A stretch of DNA of 63,246 bases, the filler included, from Intoshia linei (taxonomy: Eukaryota; Animalia; Orthonectida): NCBI GenBank assembly GCA_001642005.1. It is 4 parts of 4 records of this genome, joined end to end, with 100 filler letters (N's around TTAATTAATTAA, not from the genome) between each part and the next. Parts side by side here need not be neighbours in the genome. Positions count along the whole stretch, not along the records: positions 1 to 27,521 come from LWCA01000437.1; 3 more parts are not named here. One strand, written 5' to 3'. Below the pieces are notes generated by a model. It saw only the letters and a list, made by a program, of their open reading frames with translations. It did not search any database and had not been told where the DNA came from. Position 1 is the first letter of the stretch; every line of letters starts with the position of its first letter. The position numbers and the translations under genes were made by a program. This document shows positions 1-12,293 of this stretch, piece by piece.

Positions 1-119
1 GTATAATTATATTAATATTATTAATTAATATTAAATGAATCATTATTATTTTTATAATAATTATTAATGACAGTTTTACATATCTGTGTTACTGTGAATT
101 GGCGTGTAATGATTTGACA

Positions 120-161
120 CCATATTGCACAATGTGCAATGCGCATGCATAAAAGGGTTAA
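120..161. mobile_element. Possible piggyBac-type terminus
   Basis: The reverse complement reads TTAA-CCCTTTTATGCATGCGCA, i.e. a TTAA target plus CCC start as in piggyBac TIRs. The partner end is not in the window. Confidence 0.3.
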
Positions 162-189
162 ATATTTTTTATTAAAATTAATTTAATAC

Positions 190-3100
190 CTTTGCATGTC
201 AGGATATTATTGGTAGAATCTAGATAAAATCCGCTTTGAGCTTTGTATAATTTGCATTTTGTGCATATATCACCTTTCATTACATCACATTTGTAAACTT
301 TTTCTTCCAAATCTACAATGGAAAGGTATTTTTAAACATTATTAATAAAAATTGTTGTATTAATTTTTTTTAAAAATACAATGCAACCACCTTCTATCAT
401 AATGGAATAACTTAATATTGGTGATAATAAAAAAATTATTTCCACATACGCCGGACAAAAATTTTTTGTAATAACATGATACTGATATTATGAATGATAT
501 AGGTAAATGATTATATAATTAATATTGTCGCGTCATTTTATAAAATTGGAATACCTGAATAATTAATAAATCATCTAAATTAAACATACTAATATTACAA
601 CATAAAAATTTTACAAAAGTTTACAAACACTAAAAATAAAATTCAACATATTACCAATTTTTATACTCTAAATAAAATATTTATATCCGTTGAACTTACA
701 TTTTCAAAATAATCTATAGTGTTATAATGTAGTATTATATTAGTATGTTTAATGTAGATGATTTATTGATTAGTCAAATATTCAAATTTTATAAAATGAC
801 GGGACAATATTAATTTTAAATTATATGCATTAATTTTATATTTGTTACAAATTTTTATAACATTTTACTATGAAAATAAAGTTTAATTTAAACTTTTTAG
901 GGAAAAATTTCGATGTCGAGTGGCCGGGTCCAAACTTAACCAATTTGAATAATTTTTTCAAGAAAGTGATCACCATCACCAATAATTCTGATGGTCCAAT
1001 ATACTTTTTGATCTTTTAAAAAAATATGCAAAAGTGATCACCCTAGTGTACATTGTACAATTTATATGACAGTGTCAGTAGCGTAAAGTTATAGTGTGCG
1101 GCGCACACCCTAAAAAAATTTAAAAAATTACATTTTTCAATAACATTCATGTACTACATTGTGCTTAGTCTAAGTACATTGTACTGGTATAAATTAAAAT
1201 TCAGTTTCTTAAATTATATTCATATAAAATGAAAAAAAATGTTAATTATATGTACATTAGGGGTGTGAACGAATTTTTATATTAAAAGTGCACCCTTCCA
1301 CTATATGAAAATTTGGAAAATATTCAATTTGCACCCAGTCTTATTTCTCAACTGTTAAAAAAACCCTGGGGCATCGCCTTCAAAGTTTTGAACAATATAT
1401 CGCCCACAGTAACTAATATATGACAATTTTCTTAAAAATATTATTTTAAATATAAAAATTTTTATACAAATAGCTATAAAGATGCGCAAAATTATCGTCT
1501 AGCGAATCATGAACGCCGAATNTATTATTTTAAATATAAAAATTTTTATACAAATAGCTATAAAGATGCGCAAAATTATCGTCTAGCGAATCATGAACGT
1601 CAAATTGATAAAAAAAGTAATTTCAATGAGAAAACTGAATAAATATAAAAAATATAAATTTAAAATTAATTGTTATGGAAATAATTATTACAATGAAATT
1701 TACTATACAATTTATATTAAATTTTGCTCATTATTCATATTTTGAAGTGCTTTGTGCCAGGGTTTTTTTTAATCCTTTTTATATAATTATTTGATAATTG
1801 TGTATCATTCAACTCCATCTTCCACGTATGGGGTGGCATTTTTGTATTTTCGCAAAAAAGTGAAAAAATTCACACCTTTAATGTACATTGTACAAACAAT
1901 GTGTAAATCTACAAACGTTTACTAAAATCTATTTTTAAAAAAATCACCAAAAATTTCATATTTCACAAAAATTTCACAACAGTCTAAGTCTTAGACTCTA
2001 AGTCCTTATTAACCAATTCAAAATTTAATAAACAATGTAAATTAATTTCCGATATTGGAAATTCCATATGGGGTTCCCTTAGTAAAGTTAAAAGAATTTA
2101 ATTTTTTGAAATAAAACACATTAAATCGTGTTATTTCTTGTTATTATGAGTTTTTGAATAATACATGACGAAGTAATATACCCTAAACATTCTCAACAAG
2201 TTTAAAGCAGTTTTTGGGGTTTATGAAAAATTTTATTAATTTCAAATTACTATAATCACTATAATAATTAAATAATTCAAACTTATATAAAAGACTGCAA
2301 TTTTTGTGTGTATGTGTTCAACTTTATTTAAATAACTACTCATCTTAGAATTTTTTAAAGATCACATTTCAATTATAGTTTTTTTCGTTACGTATATAAG
2401 ATAAATTTCAACCTCCCAGTTTCACATCTTACGGGTCAAAAACCCCAGTTGTCCCTCTTTTTGAAAATCAAACGCGTTAAAGAATTTAAAAAAATATATA
2501 CGCTGATGCAGATTTTAAAATCATAAAAATTATGATAAATTTAAATTTAAAAAAATTATATCTTAATGGCCAAAAAATTAAAAAAATTCCCTTCCTTTTT
2601 TTTTTGAAAACAGTTCTAGAATTTCAAAAAATTTCAATTCGAATAAGTGACGACTTCACGGTCAAAAAAGCATTTAAGTATTCATATATTTTTTTTCCGA
2701 AATATTTTATTAAAACAAAAAATGAGAAATAATTAAGGGTCCGAAAATTAAAAAAAAAAATTATTCTGATTGAGTTTATTCCAGTTGATATAAATACAAA
2801 ATTTCAACCCGAGAAATTTACGCATTCCCGATGAAAAATAATTTTTAATATATTATCAACCAATATTTATTTTTTTTAAATATTTCGATTAAAATAAAAA
2901 TTGAAAATATAAATATTGATCTTACAATTTCATTCATCAATTACATTACCCTCAGTATCCAATGAATACTGATCATTGCTTACTGTCCATTACATATTAA
3001 ATTACTATAATAAACTATTTACAATTGCAATATTGTTTATTATTTGAGATAAATAATGGCGATCTGCAGTTAGTACATGCTTTTGTAGTAGTTTTACACG

Positions 3101-6100
3101 ACAAACAATTCGTAATCGCATTTTTACATACTAAATATTATTAATTTAAAATATAATTAAAACTCTATTTTAAAATAACTTTAAACGTACAATATATTAC
3201 ATATACACATGTACAATATAGTATATTATACATTGTATAAAGACAAAATGTATAAATATCCAAATTTAAAATTCAATCTCTACTCAGTAAATCAGTAACA
3301 CATTGTGCTTACTCACGAGAATTCTTGTCTAGAAAAATCTGAAGAAATTTATATATTCTTAAATTTAAAATTATATTCGAAACTTTCAAAAATGTAGTTT
3401 GTTATATGATTGCAAAAATAAAATCTTCAAAGATAAATCATTTTTAATTGTGGCTAATATTTTAAGTGTGTAAAAACAAAATAATTTCAATTATTACAAT
3501 AAAAAAACAACATTACATTTTACGGTAATTCAATTCAGTTAAATGGTTTAATTTATTAATTTAGTATTAGATTTTTTCTAGATAGAATTAGATATTAAAT
3601 TAAAACTACAACAACGAATTACTAAATGTAATACAACTTTGTTATTACTATTTTTATATTTATTACAATCCTTTGCAATATTGGTAAAATTAACTTGAAA
3701 TATATTTATAAAGTGCTTATTCCGTTAATTATTGATACATAATTGGTAATGAATATATATTATCATATTAAAAATAACAAAATTAGTTTTTATAATATTT
3801 GTTTTTTTTGGAATTTATGCTATTTATGAAAATTTTTAGGATTGAAATGGTTTTACATTATTTTTAATATTATACACATATTTTGTCTAATAATTTAAAA
3901 AAATTAAAAAAATTGTTTTTAAAATTCTTAAAGAAAATATTAACAAAACAAAATTAAGATCGAATGATTAAACTTCTTAAAAAGGTTGATAATAGTGAAT
4001 AGTAGGATTTTTAAGTTAGATTTTTAATGTGAATTTATTTTTTTGATCAAATAAAAATGTGCCCTTGGCAGAGCTAGGTAGAGCTGTTTGTACGTAGTAC
4101 ATAACAGTCAACCTAGTATATGTATATTATACATCTGATATATGTAATTATGTTAAATTACATACTTATGTATGTGTAAAGTAAAAAACTAACGTAAGCA
4201 TAGACCTCCTTGTAAGGTATATCCATTGTCACATTGCTTGCATATATCATCTACGGCACATTTACAATAATTTATAGGCTTCTTGGTACACTCTGTGCTT
4301 AATTAAGTAAATATAAGTTTATCGTACTTCGACATCCGAATTTAAAGCTAAAGTAGCCATCTATACATAGCGAACATTCACTATGGTAACGTACACATTT
4401 TATACATTTATTTTTTTTGTTGCAATCTAAATTAAAAAATTTAAAATGTTCAAATTGTACAATAAATATTGACGATGTAGTTTATATCAGTTATGGGAAT
4501 TGGACCATAATATCGAAATGACTTAAGATGACTCTCAAATAATTAATATTAACAAAATAACTCGAAAAATAATTGAATATGGCACTCAAAATATTCATAT
4601 TTATAATCGCTATAGATTTTTAAAAAATCACAGCTAATAGTGTTCTTTCGAGTTAACGTAAAGAAAAATTTTTAATCTCACAAAGTTATGGATTCACGTT
4701 TAAAAAATGAATCTACTATTTATTTTCTATTCTTTTGGAAATTATTTCATTTACATTAAATTTTAAACTAAATAATATTAAATTATTATTTATTATTTAA
4801 ACTTTAATTGGTTTCTAAAACATTTTTTAAACATTTCTAAAATAATATCCGTTTAACAAAATTTTTCTCCTCTTGTACCTTGGTCAGCAGTGAATTTCAT
4901 GGTATTAAAAATCATATTTCAAACTTAAAAAATATACATGATGTAATTAAAAACATTATTATTTAATTGATGTTGCCGAGTAAAATATTTATAGCCTTAG
5001 TAGTTATGACCATTTTAATTGATGTATCATATTTGCTACATCGGTTTTGATAAATTTGATTAACGTAAAAATACAGAATATACTATTAACCTTAAAAATA
5101 TTCCTAATAGTAGTTGACGATTATATGAAATTGAGTTTGAAATAAATCTTTAACAAAGGAGAAAATTTAAAAATGTAACTTTACAAAAGAGACCATTTAG
5201 AAATGAAACTTTAAAAATTGAGATTATAGTGTGAAACCGTTATAATCATTTTAATCTGAATTTTTATTTTGCCCTGTATTTTATTTTGTTGAATATACTC
5301 GGAATCGTTTCTGTAGAGTTAAAATTGAAATGTATCATGTGTCAGAATTTATTGATATAAAAATGCAATAAAAATATGCAAAAGGTTGCCGATCCCTGGT
5401 TTTTGATGTATTCGAAAATTAGTTTTTTAATAAATTAAAATGTTTAGTTTGATGACATTTTGAAATTTACTTTTTATTTTTTGTACCAATATTTAGGGAT
5501 TTCAATTTCTAAATATTCAATAGATGTGGTTTATTTATTTCAAACGTTGGAATATACAAACTATTTAATAAAACTAATTTTTGATTTTTTTGAATAAATG
5601 TCAGTTTTCTGATGTAAATTTTATAAATAGTAAGGTAAATTTCTTAGATATGTACACTTTTCTCGTCACTGATGTAAATATATTATATATTCGAAAAATT
5701 TAATTACACACACATCTTGTTGCCTCCGGATTTAAAATATAATTTGCAACGCAATATAAACATTGATTATTATATGTTAATGCACAATTAGTATCTGTAT
5801 CTGTATAAACTAAATGCAGCAGTACTATCAAGGATATAAAATGTAGAAAAAAATTCATTCAAATTGCAGTTTAAATATATCTTTTTTAAAGTACACAACT
5901 TAAAAACATTTTAATGTTGTGTATTGACATAATAACAAAACAAAAGTAATTATATCATAGACGTAATTTTTCCACTCGTTATCAATAAAATATTTAATAT
6001 ATATTATGCGTAACGTGGCGTATATATAAATCAACTTAATCAAACTAGCCGAAAAATCGTATTTAAACTTACTCTGACAAGCACCATTATATGGCGTTAT

Positions 6101-6168
6101 TAGATTTTCGAGATATAGTACTTTCAGCACTAGGGTGTTATGACTAGAATGAATAATGTCATAAACAT
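190..6168 (-). CDS. Multi-exon Cys-rich CXXC/furin-like repeat protein, probably secreted or surface-exposed; 3' end lies beyond the window start
   Basis: GT-AG exons, all phase 1: ~6129-6073 (..YNGACQ), 4426-4328 (NCNKKNKCIKCVRYHSECSLCIDGYFSFKFGCR), 4292-4194 (KCTKKPINYCKCAVDDICKQCDNGYTLQGGLCL), 3130-3023 (LCKNAITNCLSCKTTTKACTNCRSPLFISNNKQYCN), 2982-2950 (LSNDQYSLDTE), 312-190 (DLEEKVYKCDVMKGDICTKCKLYKAQSGFYLDSTNNILTCK). The joined frame is open. The start is uncertain: ATG 6168 encodes a signal-peptide-like MFMTLFILVITP that is one base out of frame. Confidence 0.75.
2277..2931 (+). mobile_element. Non-autonomous Helitron-like element, 5' part
   Basis: Starts TCAAACTTATATAA, then a short GT-rich tract and TTTATTTAAATAACTAC. 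It is colinear with the copy at ~14345-15060. Confidence 0.65.
3597..4116 (+). mobile_element. Non-autonomous Helitron-like element, 3' part
   Basis: Colinear with copies at ~25900-26492 and ~58420-58902. It ends with a hairpin (CCTTGGC-AGA-GCTAGG) then TGTACGTAGTACA and CTAG|T. Confidence 0.7.
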
Positions 6169-6554
6169 AATTTTTTTTTAATAATAAAAAAATGTTAGAA
6201 ATGTATGAGGGAACTCTAATAAACACAGTTAATAGGGTATATCTTTTTTAATAAGTTTTTAAATCATAAATATCATATTTTTGACATAATTCTCATAATA
6301 ATATTAAAAAATTAATAATTTAAAAAAATTTTATTTTCCTTAAAACCATAATATAAATCAACAATTTTCAACTATACTGTGTGAAATAAAATCACCAAAA
6401 ACTTATTTGCAGCTATTAAACTGTCAAACTTCATCATCAAGTGTTGAAAGATCCGTTTTCGTTCCTGAAGAATATATTATCTACAGAAATAAATTTTTTA
6501 ACGTCAAAACAAATATTTATAAAATAATAATATTCATATTCTATTGTACTATAA

Positions 6555-6955
6555 CAGCGGTTTCCAACAAACTTCACGGTTGGTACTCCAAACTAAAAAA
6601 AAATAATTTCGGACATCATAATAATTTAAATTTACTGTAACTATGGCACCATATTAATTAAAAAAATTATTAAAACCCTACTTGACCCAAAATGGATATC
6701 TAAAAATCGTTAATGATTTAATTGACAAACTAGAAACATAACTACATATATATTTAATATACAACCTTAAAATCACATAGACTATCAAATAGACGTAAAT
6801 CCATAAGGAACTAAGGATATTATTACAAATTAATTTTTATTTTTGGAATATAAAAAATATTTATAATTTATGAGTCATAGTATAAGACGAGGTGGTGCGC
6901 TAAAACAATTTCTGGGACCGCTAGGGGACCCACCACCTTCATTTTGGAACCGTTG
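6555..6955. mobile_element. hAT (Charlie/Buster-like) MITE
   Basis: TIRs CAGCGGTTTCCAA / TTGGAACCGTTG with a perfect 8-bp TSD TACTATAA (6547-6554 and 6956-6963). Related sequence occurs at 17290-17395 and 51155-51577. Confidence 0.85.
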
Positions 6956-7656
6956 TACTATAATAAATGAATTTGTCACAAAAATTCATATTTTGTTTAG
7001 TGAAATGTATAATTTTGTCATAAATAAATTGTCCTAGTTATGACCATCAGGTATTAAAACATGTTTATTTTTGTAAAAGCTTAAAACCACTATTTATTAA
7101 AAAAAAATGATAACAATTTTAAAATAAAAAATACATTATCAAAAATATTAGTAAAAAAGACTATTTAAGACAACCAGTGCTTTTAAATTTTTTTAGGTTT
7201 CACCGTTTATATATTCTAGTGTACAGTTTTTTAACATTATACTAAAACAGAACATAGCTTTTTCCAGTAAAATAGTAGGGTGCATTATAAATAGCATGCC
7301 AATCTATTTTCTGAATACCAGGGATTTAGATGGACAAAAAAGTGTGCTATAATCGTACGCTAACACGCGTCATAAGTCGAGTAACTCAACCAATATATAG
7401 ATATATGAATAAATTTATTATTACATAATTTATTTTTTATACAAATAAAACAATTGATCTTTAAAAATGTTGACTCAAGACAGCACTATTAAAACAAAAC
7501 ATAAAATTTTGAAAAAGAGTTCATAAGATGAATGAATAATGAAATGAATTTGTAAATTTGTAGTAAAATATAGATAGAGAACAGTTTTATTTGTCAGTCT
7601 ATTGATATATAACAATTGTAATTACAGGTAAGGTAATGGACTATTTGACTAATCGG

Positions 7657-10600
7657 TTACTTGTCACCTACTTTGCCAATACCTTTTTTATCAGAATCAA
7701 AAGATTCGGGTGTAAAAGGAGTAGGATTTATGTTTTGGTTTTCGTTAATATCAGACACTCGTTGAGAATTTGAATTAACGACATTTAAATGTTTGTTATC
7801 ATCTCTTGGTGCATTATTACCAACTCCCATAAACTGTACAAAATCTATATTATTAACATCCTCCATATCGCAAAGCATTTCATCGTCAATTAAATTAAAA
7901 TTATCTGAATTTATAAAATTATTTTCCAGGTCGGTATTGCAATCCAAATCACCACCAGATTCAATTAAATCCATCGGATCAAAGTCGACTGCAACGAAAT
8001 TTTCAGTTTTTTCATTGAGTGTAAATGATTCTACTGTAGATACATTTTGTTGACTTGTATCATTTTCTATTGTTGATTTATCAGAGACACTTTTAGGCAT
8101 TGAATGGACTCCGTCAGATTGTAAAATACTATGTATTGAAGATTCTTCAACAGACATTGGTTTTAATCTTAATGCAGCCGGAGAATTATCTTTTTTTGGA
8201 TCGGCTGACATGGGAGATTGTCTGTATGGTAACATATTTTCAAGTGTTGACTTTGGCTTGTTTGGTGACATTTTCATTTGACCATTGAAATCTAAAAATT
8301 TGATTATTTTATCATGTACTTAAATTATACTTAAATATTTAAAATTTTAATAATTCAATTTGTATATTACTTTTAGTTTTATTTTCTATATTTGAAACTT
8401 GATTTGTGGACACAGATTCACTTAAAACTGATAAAGAGTGTAAAATATTGGTAGAATTTTCATTAGAAAAAGTATTTTTGTTGTTATCTACATTAATGCC
8501 ATCATTTTTTGATTTTTCAATAGAATCAGGTAGATTCATTGTCATATCATTTTCAGGCAAATGTGAATGTGTGGTTGTAGACAATAATTCTACTTCAGCG
8601 CCACTTCTATCAAAAATGTTTTTATCGCTATTTGGTGTAGACTTTTGTAAAGGTGAATTAATGTTCTTTGAATTTGCAGCACTTGCCCAAGGGTTCACAT
8701 TTTGATCGTAGAGTGAAGATCCATTTACATAACCAGCTTTATAGCACGAAACTATAGACCAATTTTGTTCCGGGTTAACCCAAATGTATTTTACATCAGA
8801 ACTTACATGTGACAATAACTTATTTACGTATCCATCAATATGAAGAGATTCCAATGCTGCTTCTTTTCTAAATTTTTTTATAACTTTTAAAAATTAAAAA
8901 AAAAATGGATGGAACAGCACAGCCCTTTTCAACCTTTTTCAAGATGGAACATCTTCATTTTTGGGGATTAATTAATTTGTCAGTATTTAATTAAATTTTT
9001 TCATCATTGATATCATTCAAATTACATATTTGTCAGTATATAATTGCATTTTTGTCAGTAAATATATTAAATAGATCAGTATTCATCGAAAATTGTAAGT
9101 AACTCAACAAAACAGTATATAGAAATAAACACATTTTATAAAATAATATTTTGTCAGTAAAAAAATTGAATTGTAAGTTTAATGATTTTGAAGTGTCAGT
9201 ATAAAAATTAAAAGTTTTTGAAATTGAATGTAATTATGTCAATCCCTTTAATCTTTTTTATATCTCTCTCTTGTCGTAATTTTTATTTTTTATCATAGAT
9301 AAATAGTTTTGGCTTTACATTTATCACCAAATAAACTAAACTTGATAATACGTATTTTTTCTGGCCACTTCACCTAATCATTAGGCTAATGGCTATATTC
9401 TACAATTCAATCATTAAAAATATTTTTTCATTTTTTAAGCATTTTACCGTAACTTTTTTATTAATCTTTAAATAACAAGTTTTATAAGTGTAGCGGTTTT
9501 ATAGTTAAACTAGCTTGGCAGTTTTGTACTATGTACAAACAGCACGTGGATCTGGTTCAGGTGGAACCGTCATATCACATTAATTTTTACTTTAAAGTGA
9601 ATTATTCCATCTTAATTTTGTTTTGTTAACATTTGCGGTAAAAGAATTTTAAAAACAATTGTTATCCCATTATTTTAATTTATTAGACAAAATGTGTCCA
9701 TACTTTTGGCCTTTTCTCTTGTGAATGTTACTTTTCTTTTACCATTTTATGTTAAATTTGTAACAATTATCAATAAAAAAATAACACGTTTCAGTTAATA
9801 TAAATTTAATTTTATAAATTCGTTGCTGTAGTGTTAAAATTTGAAGATTATAAAAAATTTTTTGAAAATGAAAATTAAAAATTGTGGTCTTTAAAAAATT
9901 CTAAGAGTAATAGTTATTTCAATAGGCACATACACAAAAAAAAATCGCGTAGCCTTTTATATAAGTTAAAATAAAATATAATTTTATAACACCTGGGTCT
10001 CTAAAAAAAGACAATAGAATATCTCGAAAAGTTTGTCTAAATCTGACAAAAATTGAATTTTTGAGTTATCTTTTTGTGGCTCATAGCGATCATATTCAGA
10101 ATGGCTAACTGTGATTATACTGTAACAGCACGTTGATTTTTTTTATCCGTTACATTAAAAAATATATATATATTACTGGCAAATTGGGCAACGCCACAGA
10201 GTTCGATCAGCATTTAGATTCACATATGTGCTCAAATCATAGCACTAGAAATAAAATGTAACAAAATTAAAAAATTTTATACCTGCACATGTTGGCAATC
10301 TTGACCCCTAGCTGGTATTTTAATTTGTCGAAAAGATATGGCACACTCAACGTTGATACGAACAATTCTTTCACCTTTTTGATTATAAGAAATGTTGGGT
10401 ATTTCATGAGGAATAAAATTTAAAATTCGTTTAACTAAAAATAGATTAATTAAAATAGATTAATGTTTTAAAATTACTTTTAGAAATTGACATATCAACA
10501 GATACGATGCGTTTACGCATGAGTCCTTCAACAACAGATGTAACACTGGGACGATGAACCAAATGAAGAATAAAATTATGAGAACAACAACATTGCGAAA

Positions 10601-12293
10601 CTGTAATTTGGATAAGATTTCTGGATGGTCTAACGACTTGCTTTAAATTTAGCGGTTTATGTTCATTCGGCATTCCTTGAACTGTCGTGGTTTGTCCATC
10701 TATATTTCGTGTAATAAACATTTGATGTTCATTAACTGAAACGGAAACGGAAGCAGGCCAATTAGTGGTACAATAACGGTCTTCATGATGAAAACATTTC
10801 AATTGCAATTCCAAATCTGCGCGCATCATTAAAACGGGATAAACGTTATCTCTCAAGTAAAATTCGTGGCTGCTTACAGCGATATTGTGTTCAAGTCGAA
10901 AAGGTGGTAAAATGACTCCATCTCGAACAGGAAAAGATAACCGTGGTTCAATCGGGTACGGGTACATGGAGTAGTTGGATTGAGAATTCATTCTGTGCAT
11001 TGAATCAGATTGATTACTGGGGAGTCCAGGGAAAACTTCTGGAGGTTGAAAAGAATTTGAATTATTACCGTGGAGAGGTGTATTTCCCTCGAACCCGGGT
11101 CTAGGATCCATGAAATTGTTGGTATAAGCGAATTGGTTGTTATTATTGGGTTTTATGTAAGCTGTTTCAATATCATTTGATTTCTTTGCTGTACTAGGAC
11201 CATATACATCTGGGTTTAATAGTTGACTTGAATCAGGATAAGGACCAGGTCGTGATATTGGTAAATTATTGTAAACTGATGACGGTCGTTTACTGGTTAG
11301 TGAGTTTATTTGCCGATTTTGCCTATGTGAGTTAAGATTGCCAGGTAAATTCTGCCTGTCTGGTCTATTTGCACCAGGAGTTGAAGCAAATAATCTTTGT
11401 TGGAAAGGATTTGGAACTGCAGACATGGGTTGGTTAAGCGCCAATTGTCTACTTCTATACGCCTTCATATCAGGGTTTAACGAGTTTTCCAAATTTTCTT
11501 CTCGTATGTGACTAGAATTAAATTGATTGCCTGTCAATGGGTTCTTGATTGCTTCAATGTGTGCAATAAGTGGGCCTTCCTGTTTAAGTTCTTCCCGATT
11601 AGATATATTATGTGGAGAATTTGACAAATGGTTTTCTTGGGGAGGGTGAGCATAAGATTTGAAAGGAGGTTCATTTCTTGAATAAGGATTATAATTAGTT
11701 TGACTTGCACCTGAGGGAAAAGTAGATGGCGTAGGAGTAGTATTAAACTGCTGACTCCTTTGATATGGTAATTCTGTAGTTTTGATTGAACCGTTTTGTT
11801 GGTTAGCATACTGTTGAGCCATCATGGATTCCCGGCTGGAATGCCATGGTGAAGCTGTGGAATTTGGAATATCTTGGACTGGTCCTCGACTAAATGCATT
11901 AGAAGTTTGATTAGGGTTTGTTCGGTTGGGGTTCATCCAATAATGTGGATTATCACTCATGCCTTGTTCCTGGTTTAAAGCATACATTCGACTAAGCTCC
12001 TCAGTCCAATAAATGAGCATATTGGCAGATTTTGGAGTAAATTTATGCCGCTGAGAAGTGCAAGTACTCAATAACTGATAAGCCAATCCCAATTGAAATC
12101 CCGGCTGTAAAGCCACTTGACTGACCACAGTGAGACAACTAATAAGACTTTGCTCAAAATTTGGGTGGAATGCACGTGGATCCGAGCACCATTCCAACAA
12201 CTCTAGTACTGCATTTTTAAATGTAGCTTCATTAGATAAATTCTCCTTTATACACATCAATCTCTCGTTGGTTGAAGAAATATGGTTGTCCAT
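7657..12293 (-). CDS. ZMIZ1: Zinc finger MIZ domain-containing protein (ZMIZ1/2, tonalli-like)
   Basis: Exons 12293-10478, 10434-10283, 10244-10177, 8867-8371, 8291-7657. N-terminal [22 protein letters not shown], central [33 protein letters not shown], and spliced [37 protein letters not shown]. Probable 5'UTR intron at 12328-12377. Confidence 0.95.
9510..9968 (-). mobile_element. Internally deleted Helitron-like copy in ZMIZ intron 3
   Basis: On the minus strand it has the family 5' motif (ACTTATATAAAA..TTGTGTATGTG) and a decayed 3' end (TGTACATAGTACA..CTAG|T). Confidence 0.55.

Noticed and set aside
1441-1600. ~80-bp direct tandem duplication
   Set aside because: The copies are joined at a single N (1522), typical of unmerged contig overlap rather than biology.
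2532-2732. Short ORFs in repeats (also 15654, 30993, 36101, 43265, 44987, 53355)
   Set aside because: They fall inside multi-copy Helitron, MITE or tandem-repeat sequence, show AT-driven K/F/I/N bias and have no motifs.
6424-6480. Possible minus-strand terminal exon IIYSSGTKTDLSTLDDEV*
   Set aside because: No upstream exon or family could be linked, and it is too short to support.
7793-8705. Plus-strand ORFs over ZMIZ (and similar antisense ORFs over DALRD3, SKA1, Tc1, the Vps10-like gene and 46662)
   Set aside because: These are shadow frames of real genes on the opposite strand.
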